From an uncultured virus (IMG/VR IMGVR_UViG_3300042898_002828) (taxonomy: Duplodnaviria; Heunggongvirae; Uroviricota; Caudoviricetes; Crassvirales): a stretch of DNA of 64,000 bases. The DNA lies in IMG/VR virus record IMGVR_UViG_3300042898_002828; one strand, 5' to 3'. Of the stretch, positions 31,501-40,055 are shown piece after piece (position 1 is the stretch's first letter; the number at the start of each line of letters is the position of its first letter). The notes below the pieces were generated by a model that was not told where the DNA came from, made no database searches, and saw only the letters and a list, made by a program, of their open reading frames with translations. The position numbers were made by a program, and so were the translations under genes.

Positions 31501-33312
31501 TAAAGCAGTTGTTGATCGATTGTAGTCATCCATGTAAACTATTCCTATCTCATATCCTCTGTTAGAATGTAAAGATTTTGGGCTAGAAATTTTTTGATAT
31601 GTTACTTGAGCAAATGTTACTTTATAGTATTCGTATACAGTATTTGGACCAACATATTTCATTGCCACAAACTGCAACCCAATTGATTGGCTCGCGGGAG
31701 TTGATATTATTTTAATAGGTTGTCCAACTAACGAAATACCGCTTCCTGACTTAACGTACGAGTCTAGGTTATTTGGTATTTTGCAGTTAATTAAAGAAGT
31801 TAAATCTTGTCCATCGCAATAATCTGCCACTGTTGTTATAACTGGATCTCCGTGAATTGCATTCTGAAATTCAACACTTGAAGCAAGCGCAAACACAGAG
31901 GTATAAGATTGCTGCAAAAAGAAAGGAAATGTTATTTCAATATTATCTGTAACTTCTGATGGTACTGGAGACCCTGAAAATGACTGATGTGATAATGTAA
32001 CTTCAATGGTTATAGAGCCACCCGCAGGCAACGGTGTACCTGCTGTTATTCCTAATCCCTCTAAATTAATATTTAAAATAGAATCAGCAATTGTTTGAGC
32101 ATTGTCTATACTATATGTACCCGTACTTGTTGTGTCTGGTAAATTTTCTAATCCTATATCGGTTTCAACTAAATTTGCTATATATTCTAAACTCACAGGA
32201 TTTCCAAATGAGTCTACCATATTATACCCTTCGATATAGTTTCCGTAAACAAGCCTATTACCCATTAGTGTTTGGGCTTTTGCAAGCAATGGGACATTGT
32301 CATAAAGTCTAAATATTTCAGAATCTGGCAATACTGTAAATATTTTACTGTTATTAAATATGTACTCTTGAATTGAATTATCTACTAATCCACTTTCAGC
32401 CTTATTTATATTTTCAATTACCCTTATTAAGTTGCTTGCCGCTTCTTTAAATAATAAATCTATCGATTTGACAAGTGGCCCGCCTGTATTGTATTCTATT
32501 TTAACGGCATTATTAGCATTTACCATTCCTTCATTTAGGTAACTTTCTGTGCTAAAATTAAATGAACTTGCCGTAAATGCGGGCTCGCTGAATTGAGACA
32601 CTGCCGAATACTCGCCATTTTCGTATCTATACCTATATGCAAAACAAATAAATCTTGTTTCAATAAAATTCATTTGCCCAGGTGTAAGAAAGGTGCTTAT
32701 TGAAGGAGATTCTGTTGGCGGTTTTTTAATAACTAATATTGATTCTGCTGTAAATTGGTCAACGTTAGATACCGGGAATGGATAATTTTTTGTTGTATTA
32801 AAAGACCTTGGAGGGTTATAGTAGTCTGTAAAAAACACCAACCCACTATTACCTGAAATTCCTGTAATTTCAACCATATTAACTCCAGTTATCAAATACT
32901 GAGGATTAAAGTTTAATGTGGTATTTCCTATATCGTCAAAATTACTTATACTGATTATATGGTAAGTTAGTAAATCTGTAAATACATTGTACGACACAAT
33001 CATATCTAATTTACTTGTTATATCTTGATTAGTAAATTCAGGGTCATGAACAAACCAATAGATAGTTTCTTTTGCGCTATCTTCTAATGCGCCTATACAA
33101 ACAGCTTTTATACTTAATGGTGTTCCGTCAATATATTTTAATGTAGTTAAAGATGTGTTTCCTTTAGTGTTTTCAATTACTCCTATTTCAGAATTTTCTG
33201 TTGACCCCATTCTGATATTCATAGCATCAATATATTCGCCATTAGGAACAAGGCGTTGATCTACCACCTTATTCATTTTGCCAGCTATGAAGTTTCTTGT
33301 GTTTTTTGCCAT
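28513..33312 (-). CDS. tail stabilisation/nozzle protein
   Basis: NFIAGKMNK..DQRLVPNGEYIDAMNI start, FAYRYRY..GEYSA, YFTDAKRGAV as in crAss-like stabilisation proteins. Confidence 0.7.
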   Translation of the reverse strand: MAKNTRNFIAGKMNKVVDQRLVPNGEYIDAMNIRMGSTENSEIGVIENTKGNTSLTTLKYIDGTPLSIKAVCIGALEDSAKETIYWFVHDPEFTNQDITSKLDMIVSYNVFTDLLTYHIISISNFDDIGNTTLNFNPQYLITGVNMVEITGISGNSGLVFFTDYYNPPRSFNTTKNYPFPVSNVDQFTAESILVIKKPPTESPSISTFLTPGQMNFIETRFICFAYRYRYENGEYSAVSQFSEPAFTASSFNFSTESYLNEGMVNANNAVKIEYNTGGPLVKSIDLLFKEAASNLIRVIENINKAESGLVDNSIQEYIFNNSKIFTVLPDSEIFRLYDNVPLLAKAQTLMGNRLVYGNYIEGYNMVDSFGNPVSLEYIANLVETDIGLENLPDTTSTGTYSIDNAQTIADSILNINLEGLGITAGTPLPAGGSITIEVTLSHQSFSGSPVPSEVTDNIEITFPFFLQQSYTSVFALASSVEFQNAIHGDPVITTVADYCDGQDLTSLINCKIPNNLDSYVKSGSGISLVGQPIKIISTPASQSIGLQFVAMKYVGPNTVYEYYKVTFAQVTYQKISSPKSLHSNRGYEIGIVYMDDYNRSTTALVSQNNTVFVPCGNSGQQNSIEVTIPYTQIAPEWATRYKFVIKSDRENYETIYCSIFFKDPNSNSVYFLLEGENAQKVEQGDRLIVKADTSGVLGVCAYATILEKKVQELNFINVPSPINPAVLIPVPAGVYAKVNPNSFATVFEENAVVSYGTISDDSVFSGDCPTIFYPVSVRGPDGVTWEDYTIPQGSQIRLNFNFERIGSGSRCEKRVYNLDRTLTSNSNYDSFKDWWDGDDIESILNTGTGTYKENYYNPIISFNGVDAPCNLSNHYQFVLTYDGEMFLAIQGVAACGSTKNRRSQVSVSIDVFRANSLFIFETQPIETLPDIFYENELSFAIIDGNHEGNIQDQSFYTGTPAIIDTKFFNCYTFGNGAESYRIRDSIGGNTFNLGNKVTSVSAQDYKQANRFADLTYSGVYNDESNLNKLNEFNLGLVNFKPLEDSFGPIYLLDGRETDILVLQEDRISYVLAGKNLLSDASAGGAITSVPEVLGTQIARVEKYGISANPESYANWGYDRYFTDAKRGAVIQLKGSSYSNDQLVVVSELGMRTWFRDDFIANLNYQKIGGYDPYMDEYVLSSNDTLLPIETICTNCGINQTFNIGEDETLNFCVNVGSFIGEVIVSWKVTPIGYPFGFIVNGIYNGTTTTSNEVVTDGSIVINKDSQTVKTVDMQVIATGAIVLEITVACPAAQLMTVVEVCVTDDSDSGSYIHNEYRYLKGAYISPITSNLVTFSSGVDNPLVSRYNATTGYISSGSIPVINSTVSLICNKFGFDTFDFNPAKNKFRYLSSDTLYANTPTDIRALLAESFQATPNQGGGTFNYAEFTLNSIKDYLYLIWDYRTPQSASLCYSTNIDDACCDCATPCVESCNEYFVSNSSSSTTLSYRDCYTGEITVMAIEPYNGYFVCSNTNYIPTIETGTATIVSVNACGCNGCYGLCPKFRVEVISEASIGYTPCGGSPISVVFPPGIYEFCTSGDAPIGQSGVISIDFITCTDDCS

Positions 33313-34235
33313 TACTTAATTATTTTATCAATACCTCTCAAATTCATAAGTAATTTCCCTGGGTGTATTTTGCTTATTCTTATTTTGGCATTTAAGTATG
33401 CTGCACGTTTATCTTTTCTTGCTCGTGTTACAATATATTCTTGAACTCCTAATTTCTTATCAAGTATCTCATAATTAATATAGGCGTATATGTATTTCTC
33501 GAATAGTTTATTAACTGAAACCGAAGTATCATCTCCACCTTCCATTCCATCTGATATGTACTCTAAAATACATGATTCTTCCCTCATGTCTGAAGAAAAA
33601 TTAATTACACCTGCTTTATTATCTACCCTAAAAGTAGGATTAAAGTTTGCAGTTTCTGTATTAAGTCCATATCTCGCACCTATTGTGTAAGAAAAATACC
33701 ATGCACCATCAATGTTCCATCCTAAATTTCCGTTTTGTGGATTTGAAGAATTTAAGTAAATGCTTTTTTGCACCCCATCTAATCTATCTTCATTTAATCT
33801 TGAAGGGTCTATATAAACCACATTGTCATTTATATCAAATACAATAGTTCCGTTAATGTTTTGTTCGTACTGAATCGTTGACATAACTTGTATGTTTTCA
33901 GTAAGCGGCCTTATATAGCCATCTTTATACATAGAAATTCTTACCCAATTAACATAATTAGATGGAAGTATAAATCTAAGGTCATCAGATACCGTTAACT
34001 GGAGTGTTTTTACTTCTCTAAACGCATCGTAATTTAATTCTTGTATTGCACGTTTGGCGTGAAACAAAACCTTAAACCTTTCTTCATTATTAACTAACGA
34101 ATGATTGCCATTATACATCAACATAAAGTTATTTACAATGTCAAATAAACTTACATACTGATATGATCCGAAATTAGCATCTGTTGGCGCAACCCCGTTA
34201 TTAGTATAATATTTAAACTGTGATATGTATGCCAT
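33312..34235 (-). CDS. tail ring/tubular protein
   Basis: Position between ring protein and stabilisation protein; ILEYISDG motif. Confidence 0.55.
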   Translation of the reverse strand: MAYISQFKYYTNNGVAPTDANFGSYQYVSLFDIVNNFMLMYNGNHSLVNNEERFKVLFHAKRAIQELNYDAFREVKTLQLTVSDDLRFILPSNYVNWVRISMYKDGYIRPLTENIQVMSTIQYEQNINGTIVFDINDNVVYIDPSRLNEDRLDGVQKSIYLNSSNPQNGNLGWNIDGAWYFSYTIGARYGLNTETANFNPTFRVDNKAGVINFSSDMREESCILEYISDGMEGGDDTSVSVNKLFEKYIYAYINYEILDKKLGVQEYIVTRARKDKRAAYLNAKIRISKIHPGKLLMNLRGIDKIIK

Positions 34236-34259
34236 GGTTTTTATTATAATGTATTCATG

Positions 34260-35198
34260 TTACTTTGCGTCATTTTCGCGTTCTTCCATTTTAGCAAACT
34301 GATAAACTTCTGTTTCTCTAATTGATATTCCACAATACGCAAGTATCTTAATAATTAAATTTGGCTCCTCTTCTTGAGGCAATTCAAAATCTTGATAATC
34401 TGGCTGCGATTGGTCAAAACTCGGTTCACCACCGATTAATGAAACGTAAGTCCATTTGGGGTCTTTAGGGTAGCGTGTATACTGTGATAAAACCTGGCCT
34501 TTACTATTAACCGTGCTAGGATATACTGTAATAAAACTATTTTCTAATGTGTATGCCGGGAAAGTGTTATTTGGCATTGTTAAATTAGATGTGTTTAGCA
34601 TAGTTACTTTACCGTGAGTTACCTTTTCTGCTTCTTTTACAGAAGCTGATTCTAATATTAAATAATCTTCAGGCGCATAGGTAAATATATCTGCTGTCAA
34701 TGATATTACTGTTGCACTTACTACTGAAATTACTCTTGCAATGTCTCCTGTGCTTACATTTACAACTATATCATTTGCTACAATTCCTTTTGATGTAAAC
34801 GCTCCTGCTGTATCTACTAATTGATTAACTACAACTGATGAAGTATTTCCTGTAGCTAATTCATTTGTATAACAAAGAATTTTGCCTGTCATAAACCAAC
34901 TATCTCCTGTTGTAGATAAACTTGGCATATAAAATATGTTATTTGCGAAGTGTGAAAGAAAGTTAGTAGATGAAAAATACTCTATGTCCTCAGATATTTT
35001 CTTTACTAAGTTCGCATAATCTGTTCCTGATTGGCGAACATTTTCAAAGTTTATTTGCTTATTTATTTTAGAAAAATAATCTTCAAATATTTCTAATTGA
35101 GCTTGTTTGCAGTAATTATTAAAATCGGCTGGGCTTATATAACCAAAATTGTTTTTATTAAGTATTGATAATACTGTTGACCTTACTGAGTTTATCAT
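34260..35198 (-). CDS. head-tail adaptor/ring protein
   Basis: LNKNNFGYISPADFN..CKQAQLEIF...YTRYPKDPKW...DFELP. Confidence 0.65.
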   Translation of the reverse strand: MINSVRSTVLSILNKNNFGYISPADFNNYCKQAQLEIFEDYFSKINKQINFENVRQSGTDYANLVKKISEDIEYFSSTNFLSHFANNIFYMPSLSTTGDSWFMTGKILCYTNELATGNTSSVVVNQLVDTAGAFTSKGIVANDIVVNVSTGDIARVISVVSATVISLTADIFTYAPEDYLILESASVKEAEKVTHGKVTMLNTSNLTMPNNTFPAYTLENSFITVYPSTVNSKGQVLSQYTRYPKDPKWTYVSLIGGEPSFDQSQPDYQDFELPQEEEPNLIIKILAYCGISIRETEVYQFAKMEERENDAK

Positions 35199-35251
35199 CT
35201 GCTAAATCTTTTAGCAAAGTTATATTAAATTTAATAAAAAAATATATTGTT

Positions 35252-35386
35252 TTATTTGACTAACTTTATTTCGGCGTTACTCGGCAAATTGTAAATTCTC
35301 CTTTGTTCATTATCTAAAATTATCTTCCATTGTTCGGGAGTTAATTTTGACCATCTGCTTTCTTTTTGGTAGTAGTCGTTGTACAT
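35252..35386 (-). CDS. 44-aa hypothetical protein (not in ORF track)
   Basis: MYNDYYQKESRWSKLTPEQWKIILDNEQRRIYNLPSNAEIKLVK*; directly follows the 35389 ORF. Confidence 0.4.
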   Translation of the reverse strand: MYNDYYQKESRWSKLTPEQWKIILDNEQRRIYNLPSNAEIKLVK

Positions 35387-35388
35387 TT

Positions 35389-35667
35389 TTAAATAGTTAA
35401 AAGTCGTTCATTTGATATAATATAATATAAATCTTGTAATTGTTTAAAGTTTTTTAATGTACAAATGTTCACTAGCGTTGGCTTTAATTCATTTCTATAA
35501 CATTCTGATATTTCAACATCCCATCCATTTTTCCATTCTTCAAGGTGTAATGTTTTAATTATTCGCTCATAAACATCATCTCGATCAAATATAAAGTAAA
35601 TTTTACTCCAAACCCCATCTTTACATTTGAATCCATTTAATTGTAGTACAATTTCTGTTATTTTCAT
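35389..35667 (-). CDS. hypothetical protein
   Basis: KITEIVLQLNGF...LKNFKQLQDLYYII pattern seen in Bacteroidota phage small proteins. Confidence 0.55.
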   Translation of the reverse strand: MKITEIVLQLNGFKCKDGVWSKIYFIFDRDDVYERIIKTLHLEEWKNGWDVEISECYRNELKPTLVNICTLKNFKQLQDLYYIISNERLLTI

Positions 35668-35674
35668 ATTTTAT

Positions 35675-36430
35675 TCATTTTTGAACTATTACTATATTGA
35701 AGTAAGATACCCTGTTAGCTAATTTCTGATAAGCATATCCTTTCTTAGATAATAGAATACCACTACCTAAAGATAAAGAGTTAAATATTGTCTTATTAAT
35801 TTTTAACATATTACCGATATACTTAAATTGACTTTCAGATTTTATTAATCCTAATTCGTTTAAACTTTTTTGTAATCGTTTACCTGATGATTCTGACCTA
35901 TTACAAATATCACCAAATTTATTATTACTTATACTTGTATTTTTATCAAAAGATTTTTCATTGATTAAAAGTTTCTTCATCTTTCTTACATACTTAAATT
36001 CGGTGGATGTAATAAAAGACTTAGCTTCAATATTTATGATGTTTTCTTTGATTTTAATAGCTTTTTCTTGTGATTTAATATTTTGCACCACTAAAGGGTA
36101 TCTTAATAAATCGCGTTGTTTTTTCTTATTGGTAGATAAATAAACTGGAACTAAGCAAGATTTAAACTGTCTGCTTAAATTAGTTGCACCTACAAAATAA
36201 ATAAACCCTTTATTGATTGAAATTAGCCCATTGGAACGCATAAAAGACAAATGACGATACAAAGAACCGCTTGATAAATTTAATTGCTTACAAAGGGTTT
36301 TTATTGAATACTCACAATAAGGAGTTTTGTTGATTCTTAAACGGCAAAATGTGTTTAACGCTTCTAAAGTTCCGCTATTAACAGATTCTTTAATTAAATT
36401 TCTCGGTAGCCAAATTCTATTTTCTACCAT
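35675..36430 (-). CDS. basic HTH protein, possibly Rep-like
   Basis: Probable start MVENRIW at 36430; SIKTLCKQLNLSSGSLYRHLSFMRSNGLI wHTH and a second HTH-like segment near the C-terminus. Confidence 0.55.
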   Translation of the reverse strand: MVENRIWLPRNLIKESVNSGTLEALNTFCRLRINKTPYCEYSIKTLCKQLNLSSGSLYRHLSFMRSNGLISINKGFIYFVGATNLSRQFKSCLVPVYLSTNKKKQRDLLRYPLVVQNIKSQEKAIKIKENIINIEAKSFITSTEFKYVRKMKKLLINEKSFDKNTSISNNKFGDICNRSESSGKRLQKSLNELGLIKSESQFKYIGNMLKINKTIFNSLSLGSGILLSKKGYAYQKLANRVSYFNIVIVQK

Positions 36431-36549
36431 AACAACAAAAATTAATAAATGAAAAAACCTCACCGATTCCGCCAGTAAGGTTTTTTCCAAATATCGTATT
36501 TAGGTTGCTATTGAAGCCGTTTTCTGATGTTAGCGGAATTAACATAGGA

Positions 36550-36580
36550 CAAAATTACAAATACATTCTTAAATATACAA
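36550..36580 (-). promoter_or_regulatory. Bacteroidota housekeeping-type promoter
   Basis: TTG (36580-36578)-N20-TAATTTTG (36557-36550). Confidence 0.7.
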
Positions 36581-36593
36581 TACTAAAATAAAA

Positions 36594-36624
36594 AAAACTC
36601 TATCAAATTAATGATAGAGTTTTT
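36594..36624 (-). terminator. intrinsic terminator
   Basis: AAAACTCTATCA-AATTAA-TGATAGAGTTTT hairpin with U-run on - strand. Confidence 0.75.
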
Positions 36625-36642
36625 AATGTTTAATCTATTATT

Positions 36643-37398
36643 TTATTCTGCTGCTTTTACTTCAAGCATTTTCAATATCTCAATCCCTTCGTCAGATTGA
36701 AGAAATGAAGCTGTTGCATCATAAGGGTCTTGCCCGAATGGTATAGCAAGCATTCTTGTTTTGTTTGTTGTAAAATTAAAATGAACCGCTGTTTGATTAT
36801 TCCTAAATGCTAAGAATTTCTTATCAAAGAATGAACGCACACTTGATTTATGAGTCAATTCAGGGTCATTCATTGTGTTTAAAAACTCTTTTGGATAGTT
36901 CCTTGCATAAACTTTAATATCTCTTGCGATTACTCCTGAGTCCATTGTTGAAGGGTCTCTTCCAAATAGTATACGTATAAGGTTTTCCATTTGGTCTATT
37001 TTTAACCCCTTTGCTGCAATAATAGCATCTGCCTCTAAATCTAATTTTTCAATCTCTTTATTAGCGTCTTTTTCTGCATCAATTTCTTCAAATACATTTC
37101 CGTTACCTGGATGATAATGTAAGAACTCCTGTAATACAGGATTGGTTCTTCCTACATTTAAAAATCCATCCTCAAAGATAATTGGTGCAAGTATAAACTC
37201 ACCGTCTTGCTCATCCTCAAATGGACTTCTTTGGTTTACCGCATATCTTAATGGGCGATTAATGTTCTTTTTTTCATCAAAATACAATAATGAAAAACTC
37301 TTAGTGTTTCTTGCTGCCAATATAAAAGATTTTGGAGCGGTTTTACTTTTAAGCCTATAGCTTTTGTCCTTAGGACCTGTGTGTGTTACTGTTGACAT
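36643..37398 (-). CDS. conserved protein downstream of MCP
   Basis: 251-aa ORF; RPLRYAVNQRSPFEDEQ...IIFEDG. Confidence 0.6.
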   Translation of the reverse strand: MSTVTHTGPKDKSYRLKSKTAPKSFILAARNTKSFSLLYFDEKKNINRPLRYAVNQRSPFEDEQDGEFILAPIIFEDGFLNVGRTNPVLQEFLHYHPGNGNVFEEIDAEKDANKEIEKLDLEADAIIAAKGLKIDQMENLIRILFGRDPSTMDSGVIARDIKVYARNYPKEFLNTMNDPELTHKSSVRSFFDKKFLAFRNNQTAVHFNFTTNKTRMLAIPFGQDPYDATASFLQSDEGIEILKMLEVKAAE

Positions 37399-37417
37399 AT
37401 TTAATTAAATTAAAGTT

Positions 37418-37447
37418 AAAAAAAGCAGGGGATTTTCACCCCTGCTA
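37418..37447 (-). terminator. intrinsic terminator after MCP
   Basis: AGCAGGGG-ATTTTCA-CCCCTGCT with U-run on - strand. Confidence 0.85.
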
Positions 37448-37461
37448 TTATAAAAAATTTG

Positions 37462-38892
37462 TTACAATCCGTAACGGAATAACATAAAGTTGTTTGCACC
37501 TAAAGTACATAAGCAACGTTCTGAAAGGAAATTAACTTCCATTGCGTCTAAATCACTAGTTGCTGCACCACCTGCTGAACCTGTTATCCAAGTTTTGTAC
37601 TTACGATTTTCGGTTTGAGATGCACGGTAACGAACGTGTAAGAACGGACGTTTTGCATTTTTACCCAATACTTGATCGTAAACAGTTGTAGAACCCGCAG
37701 GTACCATAACTCCATTTACTGTACCAACAACACCTGCTGCTCCACCCGCAAACAAACCACCACGCATTGTAGGGTCGTTTAGGTATTTCCAGTCTTGCTT
37801 GTAGAAGTCATAAGAACCTCTACGGAAACCTGTAAATCCAAGGTCAAGAGACATTTGCTTGTCATTGTTAAACAATCCGTAAGATGTTCCACCTGCACCA
37901 TAGCTATTTTGTGCTGCAAGCATATCATCAACATCCAAAGAGAATGCACGATTTAAGAACAGTACGTTCTCTTGGATACTTCCTTGTTTGTCCATACGAG
38001 AAAGGATAGTATCAATATCAGCCATTGTGGTTGGATTACCCGCACCCCAAACGTTTCCTCTGTCATTGATAACATAAAACATACCTTCAGAACCTTTGTT
38101 ACCGTAAGTAGGATTTAAAGATGCGTTTGCAGCACCTGAACCAGTTTCAGCAGGAACAGCTTCAATCATTGATGTTTCAAGATAATCATCAAAGCGTAAA
38201 CGTGTTTCGTGTTCTGATTTCATATACCAAAGGAAACCTGTAGCTCCGTTTTCAGTAGTTATTTCTACCCATCCAATTTGAGCCATATCTGAACCATTCA
38301 CAGCATATTTATCTTTAAGGATAATTGGTGAATTTTCAAAAAACTCATCTTCAGCCTCTAAAGAACCAATCATTCCTTCGGTCCCTTTTTTAAATTCAGA
38401 ACCGTATACCCAAACTGTAACAGTTGAAGACACGGCAAATGTTTGTCCGCCAGCTTCGTAGTAAGCAACTGTAAATGTATTATAAGTAGTGTCTACTGAC
38501 GTTACAATACCTTTGTTTGCTTCACCAGTTGAGTTTTTGGATATATAAACGGTTTGTCCTGCGCGAATTGCAATTGCTGTAACACCTGTATCGCTTACTG
38601 TGATAGTAGCCGAATCCGCATTAATTGCTCCACTTGTAGAACAGTTTGTATACTTGGTATGCAAACGTCCTTGTTCTGCCCATTTTATCATGTCAGAGTT
38701 AGATGGCATTTCGGCTCCAACCATTCTTAAAAATCCTCCTACTGTACGATTACCATAACGTTCAAATTCCTTCTCGTATGTATCAGGTAGGTACTGATTC
38801 AAAAAGTCGAAATTGGTAATATAATTTGTTGAAAGGGCTACCTGTTCAGCACTTGGCTGTAATTGGTACCCTGGGGTTGCTAATACACTCAT
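37462..38892 (-). CDS. major capsid protein
   Basis: 476 aa after scaffold, biased codon usage, strong downstream terminator; IKWAEQGRLH, VWVYGSEFKKG. Confidence 0.8.
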   Translation of the reverse strand: MSVLATPGYQLQPSAEQVALSTNYITNFDFLNQYLPDTYEKEFERYGNRTVGGFLRMVGAEMPSNSDMIKWAEQGRLHTKYTNCSTSGAINADSATITVSDTGVTAIAIRAGQTVYISKNSTGEANKGIVTSVDTTYNTFTVAYYEAGGQTFAVSSTVTVWVYGSEFKKGTEGMIGSLEAEDEFFENSPIILKDKYAVNGSDMAQIGWVEITTENGATGFLWYMKSEHETRLRFDDYLETSMIEAVPAETGSGAANASLNPTYGNKGSEGMFYVINDRGNVWGAGNPTTMADIDTILSRMDKQGSIQENVLFLNRAFSLDVDDMLAAQNSYGAGGTSYGLFNNDKQMSLDLGFTGFRRGSYDFYKQDWKYLNDPTMRGGLFAGGAAGVVGTVNGVMVPAGSTTVYDQVLGKNAKRPFLHVRYRASQTENRKYKTWITGSAGGAATSDLDAMEVNFLSERCLCTLGANNFMLFRYGL

Positions 38893-38911
38893 TTTTTTTT
38901 AATTAATTTGG

Positions 38912-39994
38912 TTAAACTTTTCTAATACTTTTAATTTTCAATCCGTTCCCGGACTCTTGGTTTACCTCCCTTACCTTAACTCCACTTTGAGAAATGTTCT
39001 GAGGAACTTTTCTTTCGCCCATATTAATGTTTTTAATATTTGCCATAGTTCCTTCTGTTGCATCCGATATACCTTGTTCGTAAAAGAACTTAGCATACTT
39101 TTCAGGATTCATTGCCATTGATAACCCTCGGTGATAACCTGCTGCATCTTTAATCAGCCCGCTCTCGTCCATAAACTTATTAATAAAGTTTAATGGAGTA
39201 GATTGAAGTGATTTCAATTCTGCTGCATCACCAGGCGAAAACTTTAATGTTTTGTTATCATCAATTTTGAACTCAAAACCTTTGAACTCATTGCTGAATA
39301 ACTCATTTGACTTTTGGTCAAACCATTGTGCCTTTTTCGTGTTGGCCTCCTGCTCGTTTTTGGAGGTTTGGATATATTGTTTGTATAATGCAAATTCTTC
39401 TTTTTCTTCATTAGGAACAGATGCCTCACTTGACACAAGCGGCAACTTGTATTGTTCCTTTTGTTCGTTAAAGAATTTCTTTGCCTTATTTAAGGTCTTT
39501 TTTCTTTCTAGTTTCTTTTTATTTATTTCTTCATCTGTATCAATATCCTCATCGAAACTAAATTCATTCATCATTAATTCAATATCCTCAGGCTCCAGCC
39601 CCTCTTCTTTTAAAGTAAAGTACTCTTTTATTAAAGAGTCTCCATCTACCTTGTTGAAATCGCGATTTAATTTAACAAAATCATCAATCCCTCTGCCTGT
39701 TTCTTTTTTGTACTTTAAAAATGCAGATACGTCTTCTGGCAATATCTCTTTTTCTTTAACAAGTTCATCAAATGATGCGATTTGCTTATTAAATTTTTTC
39801 CCTAAATATGATAGTACATCTTCATCTTTAAGTTCAATTACATTTGGCGTGTCAAGAACACTCTTTTCAGGTGCTATTACTTCAGCGGTTTCAGTTGTAT
39901 CACTAGCAGTATGTTTTACTAATAATTCTTCTTCAATTTGCGCTTGACTTTTCTCTGATGGTTCTTCCACGCTTCTTACTTTAAATTCTGACAT
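38912..39994 (-). CDS. scaffolding protein
   Basis: Acidic/charged helical protein between portal and MCP; own TAATTTTG box at 40023-40016. Confidence 0.65.
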   Translation of the reverse strand: MSEFKVRSVEEPSEKSQAQIEEELLVKHTASDTTETAEVIAPEKSVLDTPNVIELKDEDVLSYLGKKFNKQIASFDELVKEKEILPEDVSAFLKYKKETGRGIDDFVKLNRDFNKVDGDSLIKEYFTLKEEGLEPEDIELMMNEFSFDEDIDTDEEINKKKLERKKTLNKAKKFFNEQKEQYKLPLVSSEASVPNEEKEEFALYKQYIQTSKNEQEANTKKAQWFDQKSNELFSNEFKGFEFKIDDNKTLKFSPGDAAELKSLQSTPLNFINKFMDESGLIKDAAGYHRGLSMAMNPEKYAKFFYEQGISDATEGTMANIKNINMGERKVPQNISQSGVKVREVNQESGNGLKIKSIRKV

Positions 39995-40055
39995 TATATT
40001 TTATTTAATTGGTTACAAAATTATACTTTATTTTTAATATTATGTTAAGTAGATT

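Noticed and set aside
40040..40050. Second TTATGTTAAGT XerD-like arm
   Set aside because: No XerC-like arm ending in ATAA at 6-bp spacing; a lone half-site in an AT-rich promoter region
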